This document shows, one piece after another, positions 27,774-36,759 of a DNA stretch of 64,000 bases. The translations under genes and the position numbers were made by a program. The notes beneath the pieces were generated by a model that searched no databases, had not been told where the DNA came from, and saw only the letters and a list, made by a program, of their open reading frames with translations. The stretch is taken from the NCBI GenBank assembly GCA_026395435.1, contig JAPLYT010000012.1, positions 86,332-150,331 of the forward strand, given 5' to 3'. Numbering within the stretch: position 1 is the stretch's first letter; every line of letters begins with the position of its first letter. The stretch comes from Candidatus Saccharimonadota bacterium. GTDB lineage: Bacteria; Patescibacteriota; Saccharimonadia; Saccharimonadales; AWTP1-31.

Positions 27774-27902
27774 CGCAATGTAGGTCCTCCAAAAGACAAT
27801 CAGTACATAAATTAATGTCGACTTATATTGTAACGTATTTGTGCCTTCTTACCGAAGGTAATTTTTACCCCACCTGCAATTTAAGACCGTAGTTAAACAA
27901 AT

Positions 27903-28277
27903 CTATAAATCGTTTGCGCCAGAAACGCGCTTGAGCCGAGCAAGTATCCGATGGCGCAATTGTCCACTGGCATGTTTTTGCTTATATTTTTTTATCTGAT
28001 TCTTGAGCTTTTCTTCGACTACATCTATAGCTGCAAACATATTTACGGTTGTTTCTTTTGTGGTGATTGTCGCTTTTGGTAGAAAAAGAATCACTTCGCA
28101 GGTGCACTCTACGCGAGATTTAACTTTCTGTTCTTTTAGTTTAACCTCTGCATGTGCAGACTCTCGAGCGCTCATTGGCAAATATTGGTCGAGTTTACTA
28201 ATTTTTTTAACGATATATTTATGAAGATCTTCGGTTACCTCAGTATGTATGCCTGCGATTTCAATTTTTTTGATCAT
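27903..28277 (-). CDS. hpf: ribosome hibernation factor (short HPF/RaiA type)
   Basis: 124-aa ORF. The pattern IEIAGIHTEVTEDLHKYIVKKISKLDQY is typical of the sigma-54 modulation / S30AE family. Confidence 0.8.
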   Translation of the reverse strand: MIKKIEIAGIHTEVTEDLHKYIVKKISKLDQYLPMSARESAHAEVKLKEQKVKSRVECTCEVILFLPKATITTKETTVNMFAAIDVVEEKLKNQIKKYKQKHASGQLRHRILARLKRVSGANDL

Positions 28278-29518
28278 ATTTTTTCTTTTCCTCCCATATA
28301 CGCCCTTAGTACTTCCGGAATAATCACATCGCCGTCTGCGGTTTGATAGTTTTCAATAATCGCCACAAGTGAACGTGCGAGCGAAACGACAGTACCGTTG
28401 AGCGTGTGCACTGTAGCGATATCGCAGTTTGCTCGACGTACTCGAATATTAAGATTTCGCGCTTGGTAATCCGTGCAATTGCTACAGCTCGTTAACTCAC
28501 GATACATTTGATCAACTGGGGACCAGTATTCAATATCGTATTTCTTAAATGCCGGAGCACCTAGGTCGCCTGAGGCAATATTTATAACATGGTATGGAAT
28601 TCCAATTGCCTGCCACACTTCTTCTTCAATTTTAAGAATCTGCTCATGCATTTGTGCGCTATTTTCTGGTAATGAGAACGCGTACATTTCAAGTTTATTA
28701 AATTGATGCACTCGGAACAGTCCTCGATTGTGTTTACCGTACGTACCTGCTTCTTTGCGATAGCAAGGGCTTAAGCCTGCATAAAGGAGTGGAAGATCAC
28801 TCTCATTGAGTATTTCGTCTGCGTGATAGCCAGTAAGTGACATTTCTGCAGTTGCGATCAAACTTAAGTCTTCACCTTCGATAAAATACTCATCACTTTG
28901 ATCACTTGTTCGGGGGGCAAAGCCAGTTCCGCTCGCGGTACGAGCATTTACCATGTGTGGAACTGTCATAAATGTAAAATCTTTTTTGATGATAAAATCG
29001 AGTGCAAATTGAGTGATAGCATTCTCTAATAGGGCTAGATCTCCCTTTAGAAAATAGAACTTAGTGCCAGCGACTTTAGTGCCCCGTTCGAAATCTACCC
29101 AACCCTTTTCAGTGGCAATATCGAGGTGATCACGGGCATCAGTTTTCTGATCACCATATTTTTTAATCTCGATACTGGCATCTTCGCCTCCGACCGGTAC
29201 GTCATCTGCCGTAATATTAGGAATGCTATTTAGGGCTGCCATAAACTCAACATCAATAGTATTAAACTGAGGTTCGAGTGCTGCGAGTTGGTCCTTAAGC
29301 AATTTTCCCTTAGCAATTTGTTCTACTGAAGGCTTTCCGCCCTTCATACTGTCCGCAATAACATTACGTTGCTTGCGAATATCCTCTACTTCCGTAAGCA
29401 GTTCACGTCGACGGCTGTCAATTCCTAATAGCTGTTCAATATCTACGTCGTAACCTTTTTGTTTTGATTTCTCTGCGACTAATTCTGGATTTTCTCGAAT
29501 ATACTGAATATCTAACAT
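28274..29518 (-). CDS. serS: serine--tRNA ligase
   Basis: 414-aa ORF starting MLDIQYIRENPE, with a coiled-coil arm and class II motifs (FRVHQFNKLE, GLAxxR-like). Its TGA stop overlaps the hpf ATG. Confidence 0.95.
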   Translation of the reverse strand: MLDIQYIRENPELVAEKSKQKGYDVDIEQLLGIDSRRRELLTEVEDIRKQRNVIADSMKGGKPSVEQIAKGKLLKDQLAALEPQFNTIDVEFMAALNSIPNITADDVPVGGEDASIEIKKYGDQKTDARDHLDIATEKGWVDFERGTKVAGTKFYFLKGDLALLENAITQFALDFIIKKDFTFMTVPHMVNARTASGTGFAPRTSDQSDEYFIEGEDLSLIATAEMSLTGYHADEILNESDLPLLYAGLSPCYRKEAGTYGKHNRGLFRVHQFNKLEMYAFSLPENSAQMHEQILKIEEEVWQAIGIPYHVINIASGDLGAPAFKKYDIEYWSPVDQMYRELTSCSNCTDYQARNLNIRVRRANCDIATVHTLNGTVVSLARSLVAIIENYQTADGDVIIPEVLRAYMGGKEKI

Positions 29519-29532
29519 AGTACTAGTATAAC

Positions 29533-30330
29533 TTATGTCTTCTTAGATTTTATGCTAGAAATATGCTTTAGTGTTAACTCGGTTCGTTTTCGTGCATATA
29601 AGCAATAATCGCACTCGCCTCCCATTGCTGCTTGCCCAACAGCAGGCATGTCGCCTTCCATGCATTCTTTCATGGCTATAAGTGTTTTTTCTACCCAAGC
29701 ATCACTCCCATGGTGCGGGAATACATTTGTCCGAAATTCTACGACATCGTTAAAGCCATCTTTACTGGCATCTCCGTTTGCATAAACAAAGTATCCTGTG
29801 TCGCTTACTTTATGTCCGTTAGCTCTCAGTAGCCATTGATATGTTTCCATTTGTCGCCGATAGGCATCTTGCCAACCACCGACTGGTCCAAGGCTGGTGA
29901 TCTCTTTATCTTTAGCAGTCGCTTTATAATCAACCACTATCAGCTCATCGTCACTATTTATCCAGACGTCATCCACTGCCCCAAATACGTGAAGATTGGT
30001 AGGCTCATGAACGATGAATACACCAACAAAATTTTCTCGCCACGTGTCGATGTCGGCATGAACATACGGTTTAGCATCTATCTTGAACTTAACCTGCAGT
30101 GGGTGTTGCGTGCCAGCAGCTCTATGAATATCAAATTCTTTTTTAAACAATTCATCAATTGCTTTATTTATATTAAACGGCGGGCTGTTTGGTCGCGTAA
30201 TCTTGAGCCTGACATCAAGCCAAAAACAGCGGGGGCACTGGGTGAATAACTCTATTTTGCTTCGACTCACCTTAAAAGGCATGGTTTGCCCAGGCGAATA
30301 CGGCTGACTTCGTTCCCTCCAATAATTCAT
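29533..30330 (-). CDS. PD-(D/E)XK nuclease family protein (Cas4/RecB-like, Cys-containing)
   Basis: N-terminal CPRCFW, core D..VVDYK and C-terminal CDYC. I prefer the start at MNYWRER (30330) because the longer ORF overlaps rsmE. Confidence 0.7.
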   Translation of the reverse strand: MNYWRERSQPYSPGQTMPFKVSRSKIELFTQCPRCFWLDVRLKITRPNSPPFNINKAIDELFKKEFDIHRAAGTQHPLQVKFKIDAKPYVHADIDTWRENFVGVFIVHEPTNLHVFGAVDDVWINSDDELIVVDYKATAKDKEITSLGPVGGWQDAYRRQMETYQWLLRANGHKVSDTGYFVYANGDASKDGFNDVVEFRTNVFPHHGSDAWVEKTLIAMKECMEGDMPAVGQAAMGGECDYCLYARKRTELTLKHISSIKSKKT

Positions 30331-30334
30331 CTGT

Positions 30335-31018
30335 CTATTGTAACAGTTTTCCGCAAGCAATTACTGAAGCAGTCTCAGCCCTCAGGGTGAAATCATGGAG
30401 AGAGAGGTGATTAATATGACGTTCTTTAAATAATTGTTTTTCAGCATCACTCCAACCACCTTCTGGACCAATAAGTATACCGATCTTTTCTGCCGGTAAT
30501 GTAGAATTATCACTTCCTTGCTCGCATATATACAGCGGCATTGTATCGACATACTGTTCAATGGCATTTGTAACATGCATGGCGTCTCGAATACGCGGAA
30601 TATCACTTCGACCACATTGTTCAGAAGCCTCGATAACGATCTTTTGAGCACGCTCTATATTGAATCCGGCTTTCTCTGATCGGTCTGCAATTAGTGGTAT
30701 GAAGTGACTAACGCCCAATTCCGTACATTTCTGAAGCACCCAATCATTCTTATCTTTCTTTAGTAATGACCAGAACAAATAGAGCTCTCGCTTTGGTAGC
30801 TGTAAATCGCGGTCTGTAATGTATTCAAGACGAGCTTCAGTATTTGTGATTTCAGTAATTTTATATTGTGTATCTTGTTGCTGGCCATCAAATAGTACGA
30901 CTTCTTGGCCAGGACGAAAACGCAATACTTTTGTCCATTGATGAAGAATCGGACCATCCTTCAACCAAAAATTATGCTCAAAATTCATGTCTGGTACGTA
31001 AAATCTATGAATTTTCAT
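30335..31018 (-). CDS. rsmE: 16S rRNA (uracil1498-N3)-methyltransferase RsmE
   Basis: Starts MKIHRFYV. The C-terminus carries the SPOUT knot region GPEGGWS..E. The start at 31018 gives an ATGA overlap with the upstream gene. Confidence 0.85.
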   Translation of the reverse strand: MKIHRFYVPDMNFEHNFWLKDGPILHQWTKVLRFRPGQEVVLFDGQQQDTQYKITEITNTEARLEYITDRDLQLPKRELYLFWSLLKKDKNDWVLQKCTELGVSHFIPLIADRSEKAGFNIERAQKIVIEASEQCGRSDIPRIRDAMHVTNAIEQYVDTMPLYICEQGSDNSTLPAEKIGILIGPEGGWSDAEKQLFKERHINHLSLHDFTLRAETASVIACGKLLQ

Positions 31019-32289
31019 TTCCGCTCCAGTATACACAAACATTCAATATGTGGCGTTCGAGGGAAGAAATTATAACCTTCGGTAAATGAAAGGTTGTATT
31101 CATTTTTCAAGAGCGCAACGTCTCTTGCTTGGGTGGAAGGATTGCACGAAAGATAACAAATTTGCGCTGGCTTAACATCAAGAATTCTTTCTATAACATC
31201 CTTGTGGAGCCCACTCCTGGGAGGGTCTACGATCAGGCAAACTTCATGTGTTATATAATCAAGCGAATCTTCTGAACTGGCCTGAATCACTGTAATTTTA
31301 TGGTTTTCAGCATTGATTTTAGCAAGCTTAGTGTTTGCAGGATCAAGCTCGATAAGAGCCTCAACTCCTCCTATCGGAATACCGATCGACCCTACCCCTG
31401 CGTACATATCGATCTTGTGGTTGTGCGCTTTAGTCTTTTCGTCAATCCGCTGTAAGGCTTTTGTGAATACTGGAATATTTACCTGAAAGAATCCCGTAAC
31501 ATCGTACTTAATTTCTGTTCCGCCTAGATCATCTCCAAGCAAAGTGTCGCCAGACGAAAAGAGTAACTTTGTTGCCACTGATGCAGGACTTTTAGGATTG
31601 GAATAATATATTTTTAGACCTTTAATTTCTTGGATATCTGGTAACGGAGCGAAATCTTTAGTTTTAACGAATAATGCAGCGACAGTGTTGCCCTGCTGAT
31701 CACATCGGAGAATTACTGTTTTTAGATCTCCCGCACGAATGTCGAGTTTATTGAGACTGGCCAGGATGGCTTGGCCGGCTCGATTGAGGCATGGCATTGC
31801 AAGCGCGCTGCCAATGACTATTTGTTTCTGATGCGAACCTCTATTATAAAAAGCAAAATGAATCCCGTCGTCATCGCCAAAAAATGAAAATTCTATTTTA
31901 TTACGATAACCAAAATCTAAATTATCAGTAATCATTGGTACATCATCGATATCAATGTTTTCACGCGTGAATGCCTCTTTGAGGATTTGGCTCTTGGCCA
32001 TATTCTCTGCGCCGAATTCTAGAACTTGCCATGGAGACGTCGCCAGGAATATCGATTCTTTCGGAGCTACTCGATCTTTCGATGCAATCAAAATCTCCTC
32101 TGCAATACCTTCGCAAAAATCTTTTTTAGCTCGAGTGATCCTGGCACGTACCTTCTCTCCAGGAAGTGCATTCCATAGGAAAACTTTTCGTCCGTCTGGA
32201 AGCGTACCCAAGCCTTGCCCTCCATGGACTAATTTTTCTATAACTACTTCTTCAAATCGTACGACATTCTTCCGCATACAGGAGCTCAT
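31015..32289 (-). CDS. TrmA/RlmD family RNA (uracil-5-)-methyltransferase
   Basis: TRAM-like N-terminus (VHGGQGLG...GEKV) and a SAM-binding region (DMYAGVGSIGI, DPPRSG, YLSCNP). The start is probably at 32289 or 32277. The longer track ORF overlaps the heliorhodopsin gene. Confidence 0.8.
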   Translation of the reverse strand: MSSCMRKNVVRFEEVVIEKLVHGGQGLGTLPDGRKVFLWNALPGEKVRARITRAKKDFCEGIAEEILIASKDRVAPKESIFLATSPWQVLEFGAENMAKSQILKEAFTRENIDIDDVPMITDNLDFGYRNKIEFSFFGDDDGIHFAFYNRGSHQKQIVIGSALAMPCLNRAGQAILASLNKLDIRAGDLKTVILRCDQQGNTVAALFVKTKDFAPLPDIQEIKGLKIYYSNPKSPASVATKLLFSSGDTLLGDDLGGTEIKYDVTGFFQVNIPVFTKALQRIDEKTKAHNHKIDMYAGVGSIGIPIGGVEALIELDPANTKLAKINAENHKITVIQASSEDSLDYITHEVCLIVDPPRSGLHKDVIERILDVKPAQICYLSCNPSTQARDVALLKNEYNLSFTEGYNFFPRTPHIECLCILERK

Positions 32290-32291
32290 AT

Positions 32292-33101
32292 CTACGGACG
32301 AAGGGTGCCGATGAATACCTGCCACGCGAGTGCTGTCTTTGCTACTAAACTCAAGATCATATATGCTCGTTCCCCGTACAGATAGTTTGCCCACTTACCC
32401 TTCTTTGTATATTGCAGGTACATATTGATAGCAAAACTGTTAAAGAAAATAAACATACTGCCGTATATGAAGTACACAAATGTTGGGATACCACTTCCGT
32501 TAACCGTTGCGCCTGCAACATAGATGCCAAACACAATCCAAGGCACAATCCCGGCTAAACAGCCAATCCAATACGTCAGCCAATTTACTTTTTTAGCACC
32601 TTGATTATGTGTCTCCATGACTAGTCCCATGAGGTTCATAATGAGATCAAGAACAAAGATCATAATGAGAGAAGATAGATCATTGATGCCGCTCAAAAGA
32701 GCAATGGCAACCATCATCGTACTGGCACTTACGCCATATTCTATCCAACGTGCCTTATTAACACCTTTTTTGAGGTCAGCTTCGTAGGTTTTTCTGTATT
32801 TGGTAGCAATAATTGCATGAGCGATCGCTGACATGAAGAAGAACGCCGCAACGAAATAGCCAAGGTTAACATTAAATAGCGTACGTGAAGCGGATGCTAA
32901 AACCGGCTTGCCCGCCCCTTTGGTTGCGAGTGTATCAAGTGTCAGATACGAAGTTGTAATTGGCCATGCGACAGCCTTACTTAAAATAAGTACTGCAATT
33001 CCTTGGACAGCATGCAGTAAAGCCATGCGCTTATTCCATGAATTTAATGATTCGGTTGTTATTTTTTTAGCACTTTTGAGTTCGGGTTTTTTAAATTTCA
33101 T
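32292..33101 (-). CDS. heliorhodopsin
   Basis: 269-aa 7-TM ORF that aligns by eye along its length with heliorhodopsin 48C12. Matching segments: RWIEYGVSAS (counterion Glu), WIGCLAGIVPWI, FFNSFAINMYLQYTKKGKWANYLYGERAYMILSLVAKTALAWQVF (Schiff-base Lys in SLVAK), and both conserved His. Confidence 0.85.
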   Translation of the reverse strand: MKFKKPELKSAKKITTESLNSWNKRMALLHAVQGIAVLILSKAVAWPITTSYLTLDTLATKGAGKPVLASASRTLFNVNLGYFVAAFFFMSAIAHAIIATKYRKTYEADLKKGVNKARWIEYGVSASTMMVAIALLSGINDLSSLIMIFVLDLIMNLMGLVMETHNQGAKKVNWLTYWIGCLAGIVPWIVFGIYVAGATVNGSGIPTFVYFIYGSMFIFFNSFAINMYLQYTKKGKWANYLYGERAYMILSLVAKTALAWQVFIGTLRP

Positions 33102-33156
33102 ACCTGTACTATAGCATATATTCTGAATCGATGAGTGCTATACTAGTAATACGTTT

Positions 33157-33825
33157 ATGAAAAAAAAACTCAAAATCACTCAACGCAAATCAATTAAAAA
33201 AGATATCGTAAAATGGCGCACGCGATCACGTAAAACAAAAATAATTCTCATATTATTGACTGTAGTTGCAACGGCAAGTTTGGTCATAATTGCACTTCCA
33301 TATCTACCCCGGTTACATTACCTCATTTTCAGGCCCAAAATTAATCCGGCACCGTATCAACAAGCGGCTGTAGTAACAAAGAAAAAAGAGATTGTAGCAC
33401 CGCTTCCGGAAGAGGTCAAAAAAGGCAATCGTCTCATATTGCCCCAAATTGGGGTTAATGCCCAAATTATTGAAGGTCAGAACATATATGTGATCGGCAA
33501 GAATCAGGGAGTTTGGCATGAGACATCAAATATTGATCCTACACAGACCGGCAATATTGTCATAGCCGGTCATCGATTCCTGTATACCGCAACAAACGGT
33601 GGATATTTTTATAACCTTCCTGAATTGAAAGTAGACGACAAGATTTTTATACGATGGAACAGTAGCGTCTTTGAGTACCAGGTTTACAACACTCGAACTG
33701 TATTGCCGACAGAAGTAGATATCAAAGATCCAGACCCGCAAGTGCCAAAAAAACTAACCATGTATACTTGTTACCCTCTTGGGAGTACCGCTAAGCGTTT
33801 TGTTGTGGAAGCAAAACAGTTGTAA
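33157..33825 (+). CDS. sortase family transpeptidase
   Basis: 222-aa ORF with an N-terminal TM anchor, the catalytic His in IAGHR, the Cys in LTMYTCYP (TLxTC-like) and a C-terminal Arg. Confidence 0.85.
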   Translation: MKKKLKITQRKSIKKDIVKWRTRSRKTKIILILLTVVATASLVIIALPYLPRLHYLIFRPKINPAPYQQAAVVTKKKEIVAPLPEEVKKGNRLILPQIGVNAQIIEGQNIYVIGKNQGVWHETSNIDPTQTGNIVIAGHRFLYTATNGGYFYNLPELKVDDKIFIRWNSSVFEYQVYNTRTVLPTEVDIKDPDPQVPKKLTMYTCYPLGSTAKRFVVEAKQL

Positions 33826-33826
33826 G

Positions 33827-34360
33827 TTATCGAAGTTTGCTCGTAAATTTTGCTCTGAGTTTAGCCAATTTTGGATTAATAATTACCTGGCAATATCCCT
33901 GTTCTGGGTGCTTTTCAAAGTAGTTCTGATGCTCATCCTCCGCTGGATAAAAGACGTCCAGTTCTTTCACTTCGGTGACTATAGGATCATCCCATAGTTT
34001 TGCAGCCTCTTTAAGTGAATGTTCTACGGCTTTCTTCTGATCTTCACTGGCATATAAAATTACCGAACGATATTGGGTCCCATGATCTGCGCCTTGATAA
34101 TTAAGGGTTGTTGGGTTGTGCATGGCCCAAAAAATATCAAGTATATCTGAAATAGTAATTACGCTAGGATCATACGAGACTTTAACAACTTCTGCATGTC
34201 CAGTATTTCCTGATCCAACAGAATAATAATCGGGGTTTTTAGTTGTTCCTCCGGCATAACCCGAAATGACTTCAGTAATGCCTTCTATGAGTCTAAATCC
34301 GGCGTCTAGACACCAAAAACAGCCACCTCCTAATACAATTGATTCAATTTTATCCGTCAT
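33827..34360 (-). CDS. msrA: peptide-methionine (S)-S-oxide reductase MsrA
   Basis: 177-aa ORF with the GGGCFWC active site and GHAEVV, HDPT-like (HNPT) and QYRS motifs. Confidence 0.95.
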   Translation of the reverse strand: MTDKIESIVLGGGCFWCLDAGFRLIEGITEVISGYAGGTTKNPDYYSVGSGNTGHAEVVKVSYDPSVITISDILDIFWAMHNPTTLNYQGADHGTQYRSVILYASEDQKKAVEHSLKEAAKLWDDPIVTEVKELDVFYPAEDEHQNYFEKHPEQGYCQVIINPKLAKLRAKFTSKLR

Positions 34361-34361
34361 A

Positions 34362-34664
34362 TTATTCGGACACCGTCACATCTCGCCAAAAGGCAACGTA
34401 ATTGCTAAAATCTTTCTTTACTTGATCGATAGCTGTCGGCTTTGGATCTGGGTAGCTAAAGGCGCTATCTTGGCTTGATTCCCCATCAATTGTAACCGTA
34501 AAATACTGACAGACGCCTTTCCAAGGGCATGTGTACGGCGTATCACTTTTTACAAGATACTCTTTTTTGACTGAAGATGGCGGAAAATACCAGTTTCCTT
34601 CAATATAAATCAAATCTTTTCGTTCTGCTTCTGCGATTACATGCTCTTTCCATAGTGCTTTCAT
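34362..34664 (-). CDS. DUF427 domain protein
   Basis: 100-aa ORF. EGNWYFP....T.CPWKG.A.YF is the hallmark of DUF427. Confidence 0.75.
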   Translation of the reverse strand: MKALWKEHVIAEAERKDLIYIEGNWYFPPSSVKKEYLVKSDTPYTCPWKGVCQYFTVTIDGESSQDSAFSYPDPKPTAIDQVKKDFSNYVAFWRDVTVSE

Positions 34665-34684
34665 ATATGCTCCTTGTTAGTTAA

Positions 34685-36046
34685 TTATTCGGTTCGCAAT
34701 GCTTCGATAGGGTCTAATTTTGCTGCTTTTCTGGCTGGTAGTAAACCGGCAAAGATCGCCACAAGCACCAAGAGGACGATCAATATCGAAATCTGTTTTA
34801 AGTCAAAAATAAGTAATTTTTGAGTACCAAGGTCTAGCCGTTTTGTGATCCACGGGTTAAGCACTGTGCCAAGTAGGAATGCAGCAAGAGACCCGATAGC
34901 ACCGCCCAAAAACCCAATCCATGCTGCTTCAAATCTAAAGAGACGACTTATGTCTTTGCGGCGAGTACCAAGTGCTTTCATGAGACCAATCTCCCTGGTT
35001 CTTTGGAGTACACTTATGTACATTGTATTTACGACGCCAAAGACTGATGCAATCACTGCGATAAAGCCAAATGCAGCTACGATTGCTTTCAATACATCAA
35101 TTATTTGTGTCAAGAATTTTTGGGTTTCTTCTACACTTTGAGAGGTATAGCCATCCTTCTTGAGCCTTGCCTGAACCGTTGCTATATTAGCTTTGTTTTC
35201 ACCGTTCTTAACGCGGGCGTAGGCATAGGTGTACTTCCGGTATTGATTTGTGCCAATTTTCGCAATATCATTCAAGGCTTTGGCGTCTTTATTGCTAATA
35301 AACAGATACAACTCTGTTCCCGGCTGTGATGTAGTCGGCTTTTTCAAGACGGCTGCTATCTTAAATTGCTCTAGGGCAGACGATGATTTGGCTAATTCTT
35401 GAATGTCATTTGTGTTAGATGGTATTCCATTCTGAAGGATACTGGCGATATCAATTGATTTTCTAACGGCGAGCGTTATACTCTTCCCCACTGCTTCTTG
35501 AGGATTCTTGAATCCTAATGAAGATACGTACGCCTCGGGAAGAAGCACTGTTTTATCTGAAAGAGGCTTTACTATCGCTCCGGCAACAACTTCGGGGTTC
35601 TGAGCAGGACTAAAATCTATAGCATTTGCAACATATTTCTTAGCACCTGGCCTCGTGATGTATTCCAAAGTTAGTGTTACGCCCTCACGGACTTGTGATA
35701 CCTCTGGATATTGACGAATTTTTTGGATATCTTTATCAGTAAGTTGCTTAATTTGAACGCTTGCGCCACTGTTTACGACAGCCGAGCCAAATGATTCATC
35801 GTATTCTTTGGGTTTGTTTGTGTCTCCTCTGCCCAAAATACTCTCGTCTTTTGCCACAATTATTTCTGTTGGATCAAAATTATCGCTGATTACTCGATTT
35901 ACAAAACTTTGTGCCCCGTTGCTTGCAGCCAGAGTGAGGGTCAGTGCGAACGCTCCAACGCCAATAGCCAATGCAGTTAGAAGTGTTCTTGCTTTAGCCT
36001 GTTTGAGGTTTCGTGCGCTACGTCTGGTGATATCTATTATTCTCAT
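34685..36046 (-). CDS. ABC transporter permease (FtsX/MacB-like)
   Basis: 453-aa ORF with an N-terminal TM segment, a large extracytoplasmic domain and a C-terminal FtsX-type 3-TM bundle. It overlaps the ATPase gene by 4 nt. Confidence 0.85.
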   Translation of the reverse strand: MRIIDITRRSARNLKQAKARTLLTALAIGVGAFALTLTLAASNGAQSFVNRVISDNFDPTEIIVAKDESILGRGDTNKPKEYDESFGSAVVNSGASVQIKQLTDKDIQKIRQYPEVSQVREGVTLTLEYITRPGAKKYVANAIDFSPAQNPEVVAGAIVKPLSDKTVLLPEAYVSSLGFKNPQEAVGKSITLAVRKSIDIASILQNGIPSNTNDIQELAKSSSALEQFKIAAVLKKPTTSQPGTELYLFISNKDAKALNDIAKIGTNQYRKYTYAYARVKNGENKANIATVQARLKKDGYTSQSVEETQKFLTQIIDVLKAIVAAFGFIAVIASVFGVVNTMYISVLQRTREIGLMKALGTRRKDISRLFRFEAAWIGFLGGAIGSLAAFLLGTVLNPWITKRLDLGTQKLLIFDLKQISILIVLLVLVAIFAGLLPARKAAKLDPIEALRTE

Positions 36047-36735
36047 TTTGAAACCTTTTTCCGTTGCTTAAAGTCGATAATTTTTCCATCTTTCAGTGTG
36101 ATTCTTATCTGGCACTTTGCTGCAAGCTCGTCGTCATGGGTGACAATGATGAGCGTGTTTTTGTTTGTTTTATTAAGCTTAAATAGTAAGTCGATGATCT
36201 TGTCACCAGTAACGCTATCAAGATTTCCGGTTGGCTCATCGGCAAAAATGAGTTGCGGCTTATTGACGATCGCACGAGCTACAGCAAGGCGCTGCTTTTG
36301 GCCACCCGATAACTCACTAGCTTTGGCATTAATCTTATCCGAGAGTCCAACGGCCGCAAGAGCTTCTGTAACTTTTGCTTTTCGTTGTTTAAGTTCTGAT
36401 ATTTCCAAGGGTAATGATACATTTTGAAAACATGTTTGGTTAGCCTCTACGAAAAAAGACTGGAAGATAAAACTCATCTCGTTGGCGCGGAATGCATCCA
36501 TCGCTTTACCTTTTAGATCATGTAGTACTTCTCCCGCTATTACCACCTGACCACTGTTTGGATGATCGAGCCCACTCATGATGTGCATCAGTGTTGATTT
36601 TCCAGAGCCACTTTTTCCAATGATGGCAACCGTTGAACCTTCCGGAATATTGAAGCTTACATCGTTAAGCGCTGTCACTAAACTATCTTTTTTACCGTAT
36701 GTCTTTGATATATGTTTAACTTCAATCATATACAA
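36043..36735 (-). CDS. ABC transporter ATP-binding protein (MacB/LolD-like)
   Basis: Walker A GKSGSGKST, signature LSGGQKQR and Walker B LIFADEPT. Confidence 0.92.
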   Translation of the reverse strand: MYMIEVKHISKTYGKKDSLVTALNDVSFNIPEGSTVAIIGKSGSGKSTLMHIMSGLDHPNSGQVVIAGEVLHDLKGKAMDAFRANEMSFIFQSFFVEANQTCFQNVSLPLEISELKQRKAKVTEALAAVGLSDKINAKASELSGGQKQRLAVARAIVNKPQLIFADEPTGNLDSVTGDKIIDLLFKLNKTNKNTLIIVTHDDELAAKCQIRITLKDGKIIDFKQRKKVSK

Positions 36736-36759
36736 AGTATACCAGACACTTTCAAGATT

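Noticed and set aside
28274-28277. UGA recoding (genetic code 4 or 25, as in some CPR lineages)
   Set aside because: RF2 with an SPF motif is present. serS ends at a TGA with a normal C-terminus, in an ATGA overlap with hpf. No family-identified ORF in the window requires read-through of TGA. Code 11 fits.
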